A DNA stretch of 63,396 bases, filler included, from Lenisia limosa (taxonomy: Eukaryota; Protista; Breviatea), in NCBI GenBank assembly GCA_001655205.1. It is 12 parts of 12 records of this genome, joined end to end, with 100 filler letters (N's around TTAATTAATTAA, not from the genome) between each part and the next. Parts side by side here need not be neighbours in the genome. Positions count along the whole stretch, not along the records: positions 1 to 2,053 come from LPNZ01001536.1; positions 2,154 to 8,429 come from LPNZ01009022.1; positions 8,530 to 14,404 come from LPNZ01008641.1; 9 more parts are not named here. One strand, given 5' to 3'. A program made the position numbers and the translations under genes. Numbering within the stretch: the stretch's first letter is position 1; each line of letters opens with the position of its first letter. The notes under the pieces are model-generated. The model saw only the letters and a program-made list of their open reading frames with translations. It had not been told where the DNA came from and did not search any database. Of this stretch, positions 1 through 11,500 are shown piece after piece.

Positions 1-1907
1 GGTCCGGACGCGGCCAAGGCCACTGCCGCTCTCATCCGTCTATTTGACCCGCTGGTCATCGAGAAGTGGTTTAACGCCAGGCCCAATAAGGCTCTATGGG
101 AGTTTTCGAGCGCTGGTGGGAGGGGGGTTTGGTTTGTAGTACTCTTAAATATAATATTTAGAAATGCAAATCTTTATATGACCAGCCTTTGATGTCTGCA
201 ATTCTAACTCTCTGGCACCTCCTGAATCTGTGACAGAAGACGGATTTAGGAGGGCCTACCTGGGTTATTATGCAGGGGCTATTGTCCTTATTCATGNNNN
301 NNNNNNNNNNNNNNNNNNNNNNNNNNNNNNNNNNNNNNNNNNNNNNNNNNNNNNNNNNNNNNNNNNNNNNNNNNNNNNNNNNNNNNNNNNNNNNNNNNNN
401 NNNNNNNNNNNNNNNNNNNNNNNNNNNNNNNNNNNNNNNNNNNNNNNNNNNNNNNNNNNNNNNNNNNNNNNNNNNNNNNNNNNNNNNNNNNNNNNNNNTT
501 CATGGGCTTTTTTGTTTCATAAATTGTTCAATTTTATTGGAGTGATGGGATGTGGTGCTGCAGAAGCGACTTGCCTGGGCTTTGTTTGTTTTATTGTTCT
601 CAACCCTCCTGTGTTGCCAGCCAACAGAGTTGAATTTGGGCTTTTTTTGTTTCATAAATTTTACAATTTTACCCACCCACCCCAGTTCTCTTCGACTTGG
701 GAACGATGTTAGTAGATAGTGATCCCAAGAACCCCGCAGCAAACATAGCCACTTTGGCCCTTCTCAATACCCTCTTGAGGAACAGGTGCAAAGTATGTTG
801 GGGATGCTCATGGAGATTGAAGCAGTTTTAAATGCAGTACTGTGTTAAACAACTATTTTGTTTCAATTAGAGATTAACAATATTGGTTTTATACACAATA
901 ATACAATATTTAATTGAATGTCACTACTTTTTCGGTTTTTATTTTGAGCCTCATTTTGAGGGATGCTCATTGAGAAAAAAAAAAAGAGAAAAGAAAACCA
1001 AAAACACCGAATTAACTCATCACCACCTTTTAGTACTATAGTATATTCCGCATTTATCAACTTATATCCTTATCCTTTTCAGTAAATCACCTTACATGAT
1101 GTGATAGTTTTTTGCCGTATTTATCAACTTACATATAGCCTTTTGCCTTTTAGGACATCACCATGTTATTGTACTATATGATATAGTATATTATCTATTT
1201 CATGCATATATCCTTATCTTTTAGTACATCACGGACAAAATGGCTGAGGATGTTTCGTGGGACCCCCAACCCGACAAGTTCCCGGCCCGGCTCACGGCCC
1301 ACAACATCATTGAAATCGGCCTTCTCGTCTCTTTGTCGCACCCCGATACGCATGTCATTCTTGGGGTAAGCAAATGGCTTTCTTTGGTCTCGAAAAAGAC
1401 TGAATTTCTCGAGAACTCCATATCAATATGTTACCTATCATACCTTATTAACGTGTGCACAGAGTTGTAAGGCAAATGATTGGGTGAAATATTATTATAC
1501 TATAATCCCATATCTTTCATAAGCGTTATGGTGTGGATGGCTTCGACCAGACATAACCTTGTGTTTTATTTCTCATTGCTATATATAGCTATATATATTA
1601 ACGGCGCTGTAGGCAGCGGAGTGTTTCGATGCACTTTGTCAGGAAGTATTCCTCCTCGATCTCGAAGAAGACAACTACGTGCCTAAGGTGGGGGTGGTTG
1701 AATGACATTTTTTGGCCTGGGATGATAATTCGTACATATACAGTAAGCACACTCACGGGATAAAAGCACCAACACGCAAGAGAATAAGGAAGAAAATACA
1801 CGAAACAAAGGGAAGACCAAAACGATTTTGACCTCTCAGAGCGATCTTAGAGGAGTCTCTCCGTTCACAATGCACTACAAACTGTATACCTCTCTCTCGT
1901 CATCAGG
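1..1907 (+). CDS. Partial multi-exon gene, unknown product
   Basis: GT-AG bounded open exons at about 1-115, 186-263, 686-785, 1225-1365 and 1820-1907 (GPDAAKATAALIRLFDPLVIEKWFNARPNK.., YITDKMAEDVSWDPQPDKFPARLTAHNIIEIG..). The first three join in phase. The 785/1225 junction does not, so an exon may be missing. No family recognised. Confidence 0.55.
499..685 (+). repeat. Intronic repeat family B (~135-190 bp), often ending at a splice-site C/G run
   Basis: Core GGGATGTGGTGCTGCAGAAGCGACT.GCCTGGGC..GCCAACAGAGTTGA.TTTGGGCTTTTTTGTTTCATAAATTT.CAATTTTACC. Copies in either orientation at about 2320-2450, 5265-5311, 10005-10076, 12850-12950, 13430-13550, 17073-17215, 36780-36845, 54620-54712 and 60730-60897. 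Confidence 0.85.
1469..1600 (+). repeat. Intronic repeat family C (~130-170 bp)
   Basis: AAGGCAAATGATTGGG..TATAATCC..GTGTGGA.GGCTTCG.CCAGA..AACC.T.TTTTATTTCTCATTGCTATAT. Copies at about 15116-15241, 15410-15505, 17845-17920 (minus), 55195-55262, 60200-60250, 60428-60480 and 61640-61707. Confidence 0.8.
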
Positions 1908-2053
1908 TGGGGGGGTGTTTTGGTGGTTGTGGTAAACGGGCTTTTGTTTCATAAAATGTTCCATTTTGGAAGATATCATACAGTATGTACATATTTTTTT
2001 TATATGATATACATGCATGCATGGACATAATGTATGTACGTACTATATATATA

Positions 2054-2153
2054 NNNNNNNNNNNNNNNNNNNNNNNNNNNNNNNNNNNNNNNNNNNNTTA
2101 ATTAATTAANNNNNNNNNNNNNNNNNNNNNNNNNNNNNNNNNNNNNNNNNNNN
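2054..2153. other. Artificial scaffold spacer 1 (44N-TTAATTAATTAA-44N)
   Basis: Exactly 100 bp; the core gives stops in all six frames; the same structure occurs 11 times. Confidence 0.97.
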
Positions 2154-4034
2154 CGCCATATCAAAACACCATGACCCAACCTTTAGTTCGGGCCACTTTA
2201 TCACGGTACAGTGCGGCAGCGGCAACCGGATCGTCAACTAGGAGGAAGAAGTCGTCACGCTGCATTGCCGTTACCGCTATGCCTGGCATCATGCTCACCC
2301 TTCGTCCGGCCTGGGGGAGGGGGGGGGGAGGTAAAATTGGAAAAACTTTGAAACCAAAAAGCCCAAAATCAACTCTGTTGGCTGACAACACACGAGGGTT
2401 GAGAACAACAAAAAGCCCAGGCCAGTCGCTTCTGTAGTGCCGCATCCAAGAAGGAGGGGTATGAAGATGGTACTCCAAAAACAGAGAATCATTGAATATA
2501 AACAAAAGCATGAACACTAGAGCATTGTCTCATCTTCTCCCCTCGTACTGACGGGTGGCATTTGACCTGTCTACATACGTATTCTGACCACTCCGCAACC
2601 TCCGAAGCCGTGAGATCTTGGAATTCTTGTCGGTGAGAAGTGATAAATGAGAAATCAAATCACTTTTTGGTTCATTTCCACACATGTGGTGACCTATCAT
2701 TGTCCACGCAGTGGTATACTCGTATGATTGACTTTTGATCGACAAGTCCCAACAATACTCTGATACACTCGGGATGAACCCTCGTGTTATCTTCGTTCAT
2801 AATTTCGACTTGAAAGTCGGTCATATGATCACATCACTAGTGGGTATGGGTTAACACACGCCTGATGGATACTGTATCCCGCCTCTTGGTTGTATCATCC
2901 ACTCACACTCCATGGTTTACGACTCAGTACTCTTTGCGCTCCCCCCCCCCCCCCCNNNNNNNNNNNNNNNNNNNNNNNNNNNNNNNNNNNNNNNNNNNNN
3001 NNNNNNNNNNNNNNNNNNNNNNNNNNNNNNNNNNNNNNNNNNNNNNNNNNNNNNNNNNNNNNNNNNNNNNNNNNNNCTCCACACCCTCCTTTTTCTCCGG
3101 CTCAGACAATCGGTGTTCATCTACGTGTTCATTCCCTTTCACACCCACTTTTCAGCACAAAGGAGCTCATCCCGAAGTAGGAAACAAAACGGTTGTTTCA
3201 GGTGGTTCTGAAGAGGGGGAGGGGGGGTAAGCGAAGAAAATTTCAATGATGAATATGTTATAATCGAAAAAATAAGCCAAATTGCCAAAGGACAGCAACT
3301 CTCGTTATGCTGAACCTTGAAGACATTGAGGTTTTGGAGTACAAATATTGCCAAGTTTACACCACATGGGAGGGCTAGCTTGAAATAATCCTAAAAGAAG
3401 ATGTATTACTGTATTACCCTTCACAGATCGATATCAACCTGGAGGTAGTATATATATTCTGTACCAAATATAATCCGAGAATATGCCTCCTGGTATCAAC
3501 AGTAGAGACACAACGCTAGCGTGAACCCCCACCCCCTTGAATTATTATTCCCCTCTATCCCTATTACGTTCCATTGTGGCGTTACCCTTTCACCACATCG
3601 ACCTTGGTAAACTTGATAGACCCTCATTCCCCCTCCCTCACTGTCCCTCGGTTCTTGATTAAATTGTTGTGTACTGTTGGTCCTCAAGCAAATACTGAAA
3701 TGATAGGCTGTTATAGGGTCCGGTGTCCACAAAAACGCAATTTTCAAATTTCCAGATTTCTAACTAAAAAAATGAAACAAAATTAAAAAATTAAAAACCA
3801 GACCCGGAACGCAAACTCCTCTATTTCATTTTTTTATTGCTTTCTTTTCAATTTATCCCTCTTATGTTTCTTCTGGATTGCCGGACTGATTGAACCACAA
3901 GGTTCAGACAAGTCCTTATTTGTAGTGTTTGTTGAGAACGGGGCAGCTTTTCCCGATTCCGGCACTAGAGAAAGGAGAGAACATTGAGCATCGTCAATGG
4001 CAACAGTGAAAACAGGTAACGAAAGAATCGCCAT
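2154..4034 (-). CDS. One or two unassigned multi-exon genes
   Basis: Exon-like open segments: MAILSLPVFTVAIDDAQ.. from ATG 4034, MTDFQVEIMNEDNTRVHPECIRVLLG.. (about 2720-2830) and AGRRVSMMPGIAVTAMQRDDFFLLVDDP.. (about 2180-2310, after a CCCCCAG acceptor). Exon chain not resolved. Confidence 0.4.
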
Positions 4035-4103
4035 TCCTCAAAACTTGATAATCATCTCATAAGAACAGGAACAGGGAGAAATACATTTACCATTACAACC
4101 ACT

Positions 4104-7100
4104 CTACTCTTCCACCTTGACCTTAGCCACAGCCACAATAGGCAACACCTGAATGGTCAGAAATATCGATATCTTCAAACACACTGAACCTGTTTCTTTC
4201 TTTGTTTCTCTTAAGAAAATATACGAAATAAAATCCCCACAACATCACCAATTGCCTTGACCCTCCCCCCCCACACACACACATGATATATGATATCCCC
4301 TATTCTTGACCCCCCACCTTAAACTCTCCCTTGTCGGTTTTGATGATGATTTCCTCGCCGTCAAGTCCGACCACATTACCTCGGGTGCCGACTTCGGTTT
4401 CCTCACACTGGGGGGGGGGGGGNNNNNNNNNNNNNNNNNNNNNNNNNNNNNNNNNNNNNNNNNNNNNNNNNNNNNNNNNNNNNNNNNNNNNNATCACGAT
4501 CAATCAAGACCCATGAAACAGAACCGAATAGGGGTGGTCTGAAAAAGGCCCATTATTTTTGGGTCTCAAGGTCCTTTGAGTTGTTGGTAGGGCTTCCCTA
4601 CGGTCCGAAATAGACCGTCAAAATTTATCGAGGATTTGTCGGGAGATTCGGTTTTTTTGGGACCGTAGGGAAGCCCTAGTTATTGCAGCGTACAAAGTGA
4701 AGCACTGGTTTATCCCCCCATACCTGTGCAATAACACAAACAGCGTCCTTCTTCTCAGGTACTGCCAAAGTAACGTGCTGAATGGTCAGGGGGGGGGGGG
4801 GGTTAAAAAAATGAAANNNNNNNNNNNNNNNNNNNNNNNNNNNNNNNNNNNNNNNNNNNNNNNNNNNNNNNNNNNNNNNNNNNNNNNNNNNNNNNNNNNN
4901 NNNNNNNNNNNNNNNNNNNNNNNNNNNNNNNNNNNNNNNNNNNNGAAAACGGAAGAAGAAAATGGAAGAAAACGGAAGAAAAAGCCCTGCCGACATTGCT
5001 TCTGAGAGCATGCTCTTGCCCGTTGTTGTCCATAACAGTGACACTGGTTCCGGAAACTTCCGTGATAACACCTAAAGAGACATTAAGAATCATTAAGAGA
5101 CATCAAGAACTCTGACACCATCATCAAATATCCTGTCAGATCAGACCATATACCCCACGCGCGCGCGCTTTGTTTGCTTTGATGTTTTCAAACCGTATGT
5201 ATTTCCCAAATGCTAGACAACAGATACATTTCCCAAATGCTAGATACACAGATGATTCTGGGGTTTTTTTGTTTCATGAATGTTCCATTTTACCCTCCCC
5301 CTCCCCCCCACCTTGAACCATATTGGCGGCCAGGTCGAGATTGACGATGATGCCCGGGACGAGGACGCGGCGACTGGAGGCCTCGCTCGCGGTCGGCTCG
5401 ATCATGGCCATGCCAGGCGTCATTCCAGGGGTCATTCCAGGGGTCATGCCTGATAGGTTATTATTACGCGTATTTGGTGGATCAAAGATCAACGGTTCAT
5501 GAGTTCAACGCAGAACGCAAGTGAGATATCTGAACATTTTCAGGACCTAATTACCCTCGATACCTGGTGTGAGGCCTGCGCCCGGAGTCATTGTGCCTGG
5601 ATCGGTCAGTTAGCGACAAAAAGTGTCCAAATTTACCAGGAACTCAGAAATAGAGACGAAAAAAACTTGGATATGATATTAACAAGCACTTGTGCTTCTA
5701 TACCTCCCATTATCGCATTAACATGCATATTTAGCCCCCCACTTGGAGTAGTAGGGTCTGTCATGCCAGGGGTCATGGCTCCTGGCGTCATTGTGGGCGT
5801 CATGCCTGAGCAAATAAGAGAATGTTTGACGATCAATAAAACAAAACTAAAATTGTATATGATAAGATAGTAATCAAGAAAAAGAGCCGTATCACAAGTC
5901 GATTCCTTCTCACCTGGTGTCATACCCATGCCCGGGGTCAGACCTGAAGAGTCAGAAATGCGAAACACGAAATGGTTGTTTCAAGCTGAAGCCGTACAAA
6001 CGTGATAGTAAAGGGATGCGAAATTGCATCATATTAAAGTATTACTATGATGGAAGAGAACAAAAAGAGTTCTTCCAGATTGCATAAAAAGCAGTGGGGG
6101 GAAATCAACCTCTTTGTCAGAAAAGGCTGTTGATTACATAACTACTACAGCATCCCTATCGGTATTTTTGGGAGACCCTTCATACCAGGGGTCAGTCCAG
6201 GGGTCATGCTTGAGATACCTGAAGGGGTCAAATATGTTGTCAAGACAACAAAGAGATGAGAAGGGAAGAAGGAAAAACAAGAGAAGAAGGAATAAGTACA
6301 AGCAAAGCCCACTTGGCGATGCGGAGTAGTCGGAGCCGTCGATGGTTGAGTACATTGGGGAGTTCTAAAGGGTTAACAACGGAAAGCCTCGTGTGGTGTT
6401 CTGAACATATATAATATGACATAATAAATGCATGTACTGTTCATGACCCATAAATACTCAGAAAGCGACGCAAACGTGCATCAAAGCTCTGAAGCCTTTG
6501 CGAACCTGGGATGCGGGGGACATGGAGAGGGCTGAGCCGGGAGACATGGGGGACATTGCGGGAGACTCGCCACCGGACGAGGAGAAGGGGGAGGCGCTGT
6601 AATATTAAATCCATGTCCATCCATCTTATTATACCGATACTATACCCTCCCAGCATTAGTAACTTTAGTAACACCTTACCTATAATCGGATGCAGAGTAG
6701 TCTGGAGTGCCTGTGGTATAGTCCAAAGGCATGTCCACTGGGGGGGGGGGGGNNNNNNNNNNNNNNNNNNNNNNNNNNNNNNNNNNNNNNNNNNNNNNNN
6801 NNNNNNNNNNNNNNNNNNNNNNNNNNNNNNNNNNNNNNNNNNNNNNNNNNNNNNNNNNNNNNNNNNNNNNNNNNNNNNNNNNNNNNNNNNNNNNNNNNNN
6901 NNNNNNNNNNNNNNNNNNNNNNNNNNNNNNNNNNNNNNNNNNNNNNNNNNNNNNNNNNNNNNNNNNNNNNNNNNNGGCGTCTGGAGGTTGTGAATTGGCA
7001 AATTGGGGGAGTAAAAATGGAAGTTAATACGAAACAAAAAAAGCCACAATAAATTAGCGGGGTGTGAGTTGACAAATTAGGGGAAAGAGGTTTCATTGTG

Positions 7101-8410
7101 TGTGTGTCCTATTCAGTAATCTTCAGATATGTAACTCACCTCCGGAGCTCTTGGCGTCATGGGGTTGTGCATGGGGGTCATGCCGACAGGGTGGCTCTGT
7201 GCAGCGCGGTACGGGGTCATTCCAGGTTGCAGGCGGTCTGGTGGTCATTAGTACCCTCACATATGATATAGATATAAGAGAAAAGAGGATTCTGGTCAAG
7301 GTTCAGGAGTATTGATCAATTAAATGTCTGAATTCCAAAGCTGACCAGAGGCACTGACGAATCGATCTCTGATCGTGTCACAAACGCTCTCGCGAGGAAC
7401 AATAATTTTCTACAGGGTTAGAAGGAGGTGATACCACCAACAAGCCAGAATAACTAGACCTCCAACAAGCAGAATAACTAATCCCTTCCCCACCTTTCTA
7501 TTTGATTCAAGCTGGATTTTGTAGTTGCTGTCCATAACTTGCTGCAGTTGTGAGACGAGGGTAACAGGATGGTTGAGTAAAGTTCAAACAGCGGAGTGTG
7601 AATGAGAGGGACTTCTTACACCCCATACACACACAATCCCATCAGCACTCCCTCCCCCTTACCAAAATTCTCCCTCTCCCTTACCAAAATTCTGCCGACG
7701 TAAGACTTCCACACTCCGCGAACAACAGTAACATTCTGACCGACTTTCGAGTCTTCCTGGTTCTGACGCTGACGTACTGCACTTGGTAAGACAAGTGATA
7801 AGACAAGTGATAAGACCTAATCACGATCCTGGGAAAATATCGGCATTTATGTAAGTTTATCGAGTCATTCTTTTTTGGGACCTTAAGGAGGCCCTAGTGA
7901 TAAGACAAGATAGTAGAATGGCGGAATAGACTACGAAACCCAAGGAGCAAAATAAAAGACAACAAGTGATAAACAAGATAGCAGCTCATATCTGATGAGT
8001 GTGGAGGAGAAGACGAGGGGTATAGTTGCCACACCACATATCACTCAACTTACCGATTTTAGGTTGTTGGCTGGCGTCGTCGGCATATTGGCTGGGGGAC
8101 ATCGGGACAAAACCACCAGCTGTGCGATGAGTGACAGGCCATGAGAATGTAATGAAGATGGACGTAAGATAAAGCAATGGAATGTAATGAAGATGTACGC
8201 CATACTCCCAAACACTCATGATACAACAGCATTAAAAAAAATTTTGAGAACCCCATCATGGCCTCCTGATGACACTCACCACCATCATAGCCAGGCCCAC
8301 CAAGTCCGTAGTTCAACTTCTGCTCGGAGGCCTGTTTCTTCCTGAGGGTGCCCAGAAGCCGGCATTTGGTGGATGACACATGGAAGATGCCGCCATTACG
8401 GTGGACTTCT
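4104..8410 (-). CDS. SPT5: Transcription elongation factor Spt5, 3' part (KOW5, CTR repeats, terminal KOW domains); 5' end cut by spacer
   Basis: Exons 8280-8410, 8054-8119, 7685-7776, 7494-7541, 7346-7409, 7140-7237, 6680-6737, 6506-6596, 6313-6364, 6186-6218, 5914-5943, 5743-5805, 5564-5596, 5312-5449, ~4995-5071, 4724-4777, 4318-4407, 4104-4148 (TAG). They give RNGGIFHV, GGFVPMSP, KVGQNVTVVRGVWKSYVGRIL (KOW5), MTPG repeats and GTRGNVVGLDGEEIIIK, matching the Spt5 motif order. Confidence 0.95.
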
Positions 8411-8429
8411 CTGGGGAAGGGGGGGGGGG

Positions 8430-8529
8430 NNNNNNNNNNNNNNNNNNNNNNNNNNNNNNNNNNNNNNNNNNNNTTAATTAATTAANNNNNNNNNNNNNNN
8501 NNNNNNNNNNNNNNNNNNNNNNNNNNNNN
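8430..8529. other. Artificial scaffold spacer 2
   Basis: 44N-TTAATTAATTAA-44N. Confidence 0.97.
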
Positions 8530-11500
8530 AATGACATCGTCACACTATGGGGCCATGAATGTAGCCGCGTTTTTAAGGGTGGGCGAAGGGTGCTTTATTC
8601 AGTTGTGTAGTTTTTGGTAATTGACATATTTGAAATGTGATTTTATGAGATTTTTTTTCAGATAATAACAATGGTGCTTCCAAGGTTATGAAGTGGGTGT
8701 TTTGAGTGTTTTTAAGGGGGGAGAGGGGGCTAATTGTCTGCTCACCCTTACCCATTACTCCTATTACCCGCCCCCTTCCCTCACACCCTCATCAAGACCG
8801 CTTGGTTGATGACGTCGATCGTTCTGTCGCCGTCTCTACCATCCGCAAGGCCGCTGAAAACGTGGGGGAGGAGGGGGGTTGTTGTTATGTCATTTTTCAA
8901 TATATATAACATATCATATATTTTTNNNNNNNNNNNNNNNNNNNNNNNNNNNNNNNNNNNNNNNNNNNNNNNNNNNNNNNNNNNNNNNNNNNNNNNNNNN
9001 NNNNNNNNNNNNNNNNNNNNNNNNNNNNNNNNNNNNNNNNNNNNNNNNNNTGACGCTGATATTGCCTGCCCCTGGGACGAGGACAAGGGTAGGCTGGGTT
9101 CGCGGTATCACTGTTTGGTGCCAGAAAATGACTGAATGTTCCGATAAATCATTGAGATATTTCGATTTTTACCGTCTTTTTCGACCAGAATGAAGCCCTG
9201 AGTATACCAGAAGAATAAGTGCAGACTACGTAATTGAATATCAGAGACACCCATCTTCTTAATCATTTCGTTTATACAAGATAATCTATGATGCATATTC
9301 CTTCATATTTTTTATATATCCGTTTCTGCGAAATCGTCCTGAATCCCATTCGAGGCATAACCTTCCTTGTTATTTCCCATCACCCTCTTCAGCCGTTCTC
9401 TTCGGTCGTGTCAGATACGAGCAAATAGAAGACTTCCCCAAGCTTTGCTCTGAACTGGACGAAATGCAGATGGAACTCGCAGTTTCTGACCCAACTCTTC
9501 GTAAGCTTATTGGGGATTGTTTTAAGACTGATATTTTTTTAAAAAAAAAGATATCTTTCGTTTATTTGAGCTTGATGCAGATAATTTTGCAAAATAATTC
9601 TGATTTCCTTTCATCCAGTAGGTGAAAATGAGGCTTCCATAATACTCACATTTCCCCCTTATTAGGCTGGGACAAATTGGTTTGGTTCCCTTCGGCTGTG
9701 CAGCACCTCCTCAGAATCAGCAGAATTCTCGGCCAACGCCAGGGTGGGTGGGTCATAATTCAGATTTCCCTACTGTCCGAAGACCGTGCATATATAGATA
9801 TTTATCATAGTATTTATCGAGAAATTCAGTCTTTTTTAGTCCGTAGGGAATCCCTAGTTATTTTGTTCTTTTTAGAAGGGGGAGAAGTATAATTATTTTG
9901 AGGTGGTATATCCTCTGGAGCATGTATGATGTAATATGTTTCCTTGAATATGATATAAGCATTCATGTCACACACATACACAATCTTCTCCATTCCCCAT
10001 CACTCTGAATCTCGTGTGTTGTCAGCCAACTGAGTTTTTTTGTATTTTTTGTTCCATAAATTTTCCAATTTTACCCNNNNNNNNNNNNNNNNNNNNNNNN
10101 NNNNNNNNNNNNNNNNNNNNNNNNNNNNNNNNNNNNNNNNNNNNNNNNNNCACATTATATTAACCCCACACACACATAAACACTCACACACACACACACA
10201 CACACACACACAGGCCACTATACTTACGTATTGATAATTACATATCCCCCCCTCCCAGGCCATGCTGTCCTCATTGGAGTTGTCGGTAGCGGAAGGAGAG
10301 CTCTCACCCGACTTGCCTGCTTCATGGCTAATGCGCAGCATATCACTGTGAGAGATATTATTGGGTTATGGTAAATACGAGGTACTTTGTGCGGGTTATT
10401 ATTTTTACTGTGGGCCTTGAAGAGTTTGAGATTTAACGTCAGCAAAATCTCAAGAGTTTGAGATTTAACGTCAGCATCAAGAGTTTGAGATTTAATGTAA
10501 TCATCAATTCCTTGTTACACGCCTAGACTGCTAACAACGGTTGTGGCCAAATGGAGTGGCAGAACGAGCTCAGAAGAACCCTCAAGGCTGGTAAGATTGG
10601 GGCTTTTTATTATTATTTCTGTTTTTGATAAACATAATTTTTATTGTTTGTTCGCTCTTTTGTTCACTCCTTGCACCAAACAAATTCCCCCCCATTTCAG
10701 CGTTTTACCCACATTAATGCAGTACCTCCAGGCTGTCTTTACTTATCTCTACCTAGCCGGACTTGGAGAAAAGCCTGTAGTCTTTGAAGTTGCTGACAGC
10801 TCCCTCCCCCACGAGGAGGCATTTGACGACATCAACGCTCTTTTGAATACTGCCTCCGTGCCAGGACTTTTTGTGGTTGGGGGGGGGGGCTGTCTCTCTT
10901 GTCGTATTGGGAGTGATGGTGGTTAATACTACATAAGTTAATGATTTCAGGCAAGAGTTTACCTTTTTAATGAACAAGAAAAAGAATGACATGATTTGAA
11001 TATACAAGAAATGCACTAAATTTAAGGAAAGAAATAAAAATGACAATTGTTTGAATACACATGAAATAAAATGACATGATTAAATATGCAAGAGAGCAAA
11101 TGTAGATTTAATTCCTTTTAGGGCGAGGACCTTCAAGACATTATGGAAGGCACCATTGCCATAACCGGCATGCCGGCGTCCTCTCCAAAGAGAGAACTTT
11201 ATCAGGCTTTTGTTGCAAGGTGGGGGGTATGCTTTTGAATATATAGTGGGAGGCGAGTCAGCAAAATGTACAATTTTTCTTCATTGAATAGTACCTTTAT
11301 GCCAAAATTCTTTATCGAAATTTCCTTCGTTTAACCCCACCCCCCCTCCAAACCGTAATCGTTCCTAGAGTTGATTTCGGGCTTTTTTTGTTACATACAG
11401 TTTTTCCTTTTCACCCCCCATCGACCATTAATCTGAATATTTCTCTCACTCGTTTCCTCACTCCCCCAACCCAAATTCCTCTGACCTCCGCAGATGCCGC

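Noticed and set aside
230-712. Long ORFs in the track that run through X stretches
   Set aside because: They are open only because N gaps hide stops; most overlap intronic repeat family B.
2098-2109. Recurrent TTAATTAATTAA motif as a biological element
   Set aside because: Always centred in an exact 44N+12+44N block; it is a six-frame-stop assembly linker.
8430-8529. Functional clustering of SPT5, dynein, DLEC1 and the ATPase
   Set aside because: These genes lie on different scaffolds joined by artificial spacers.
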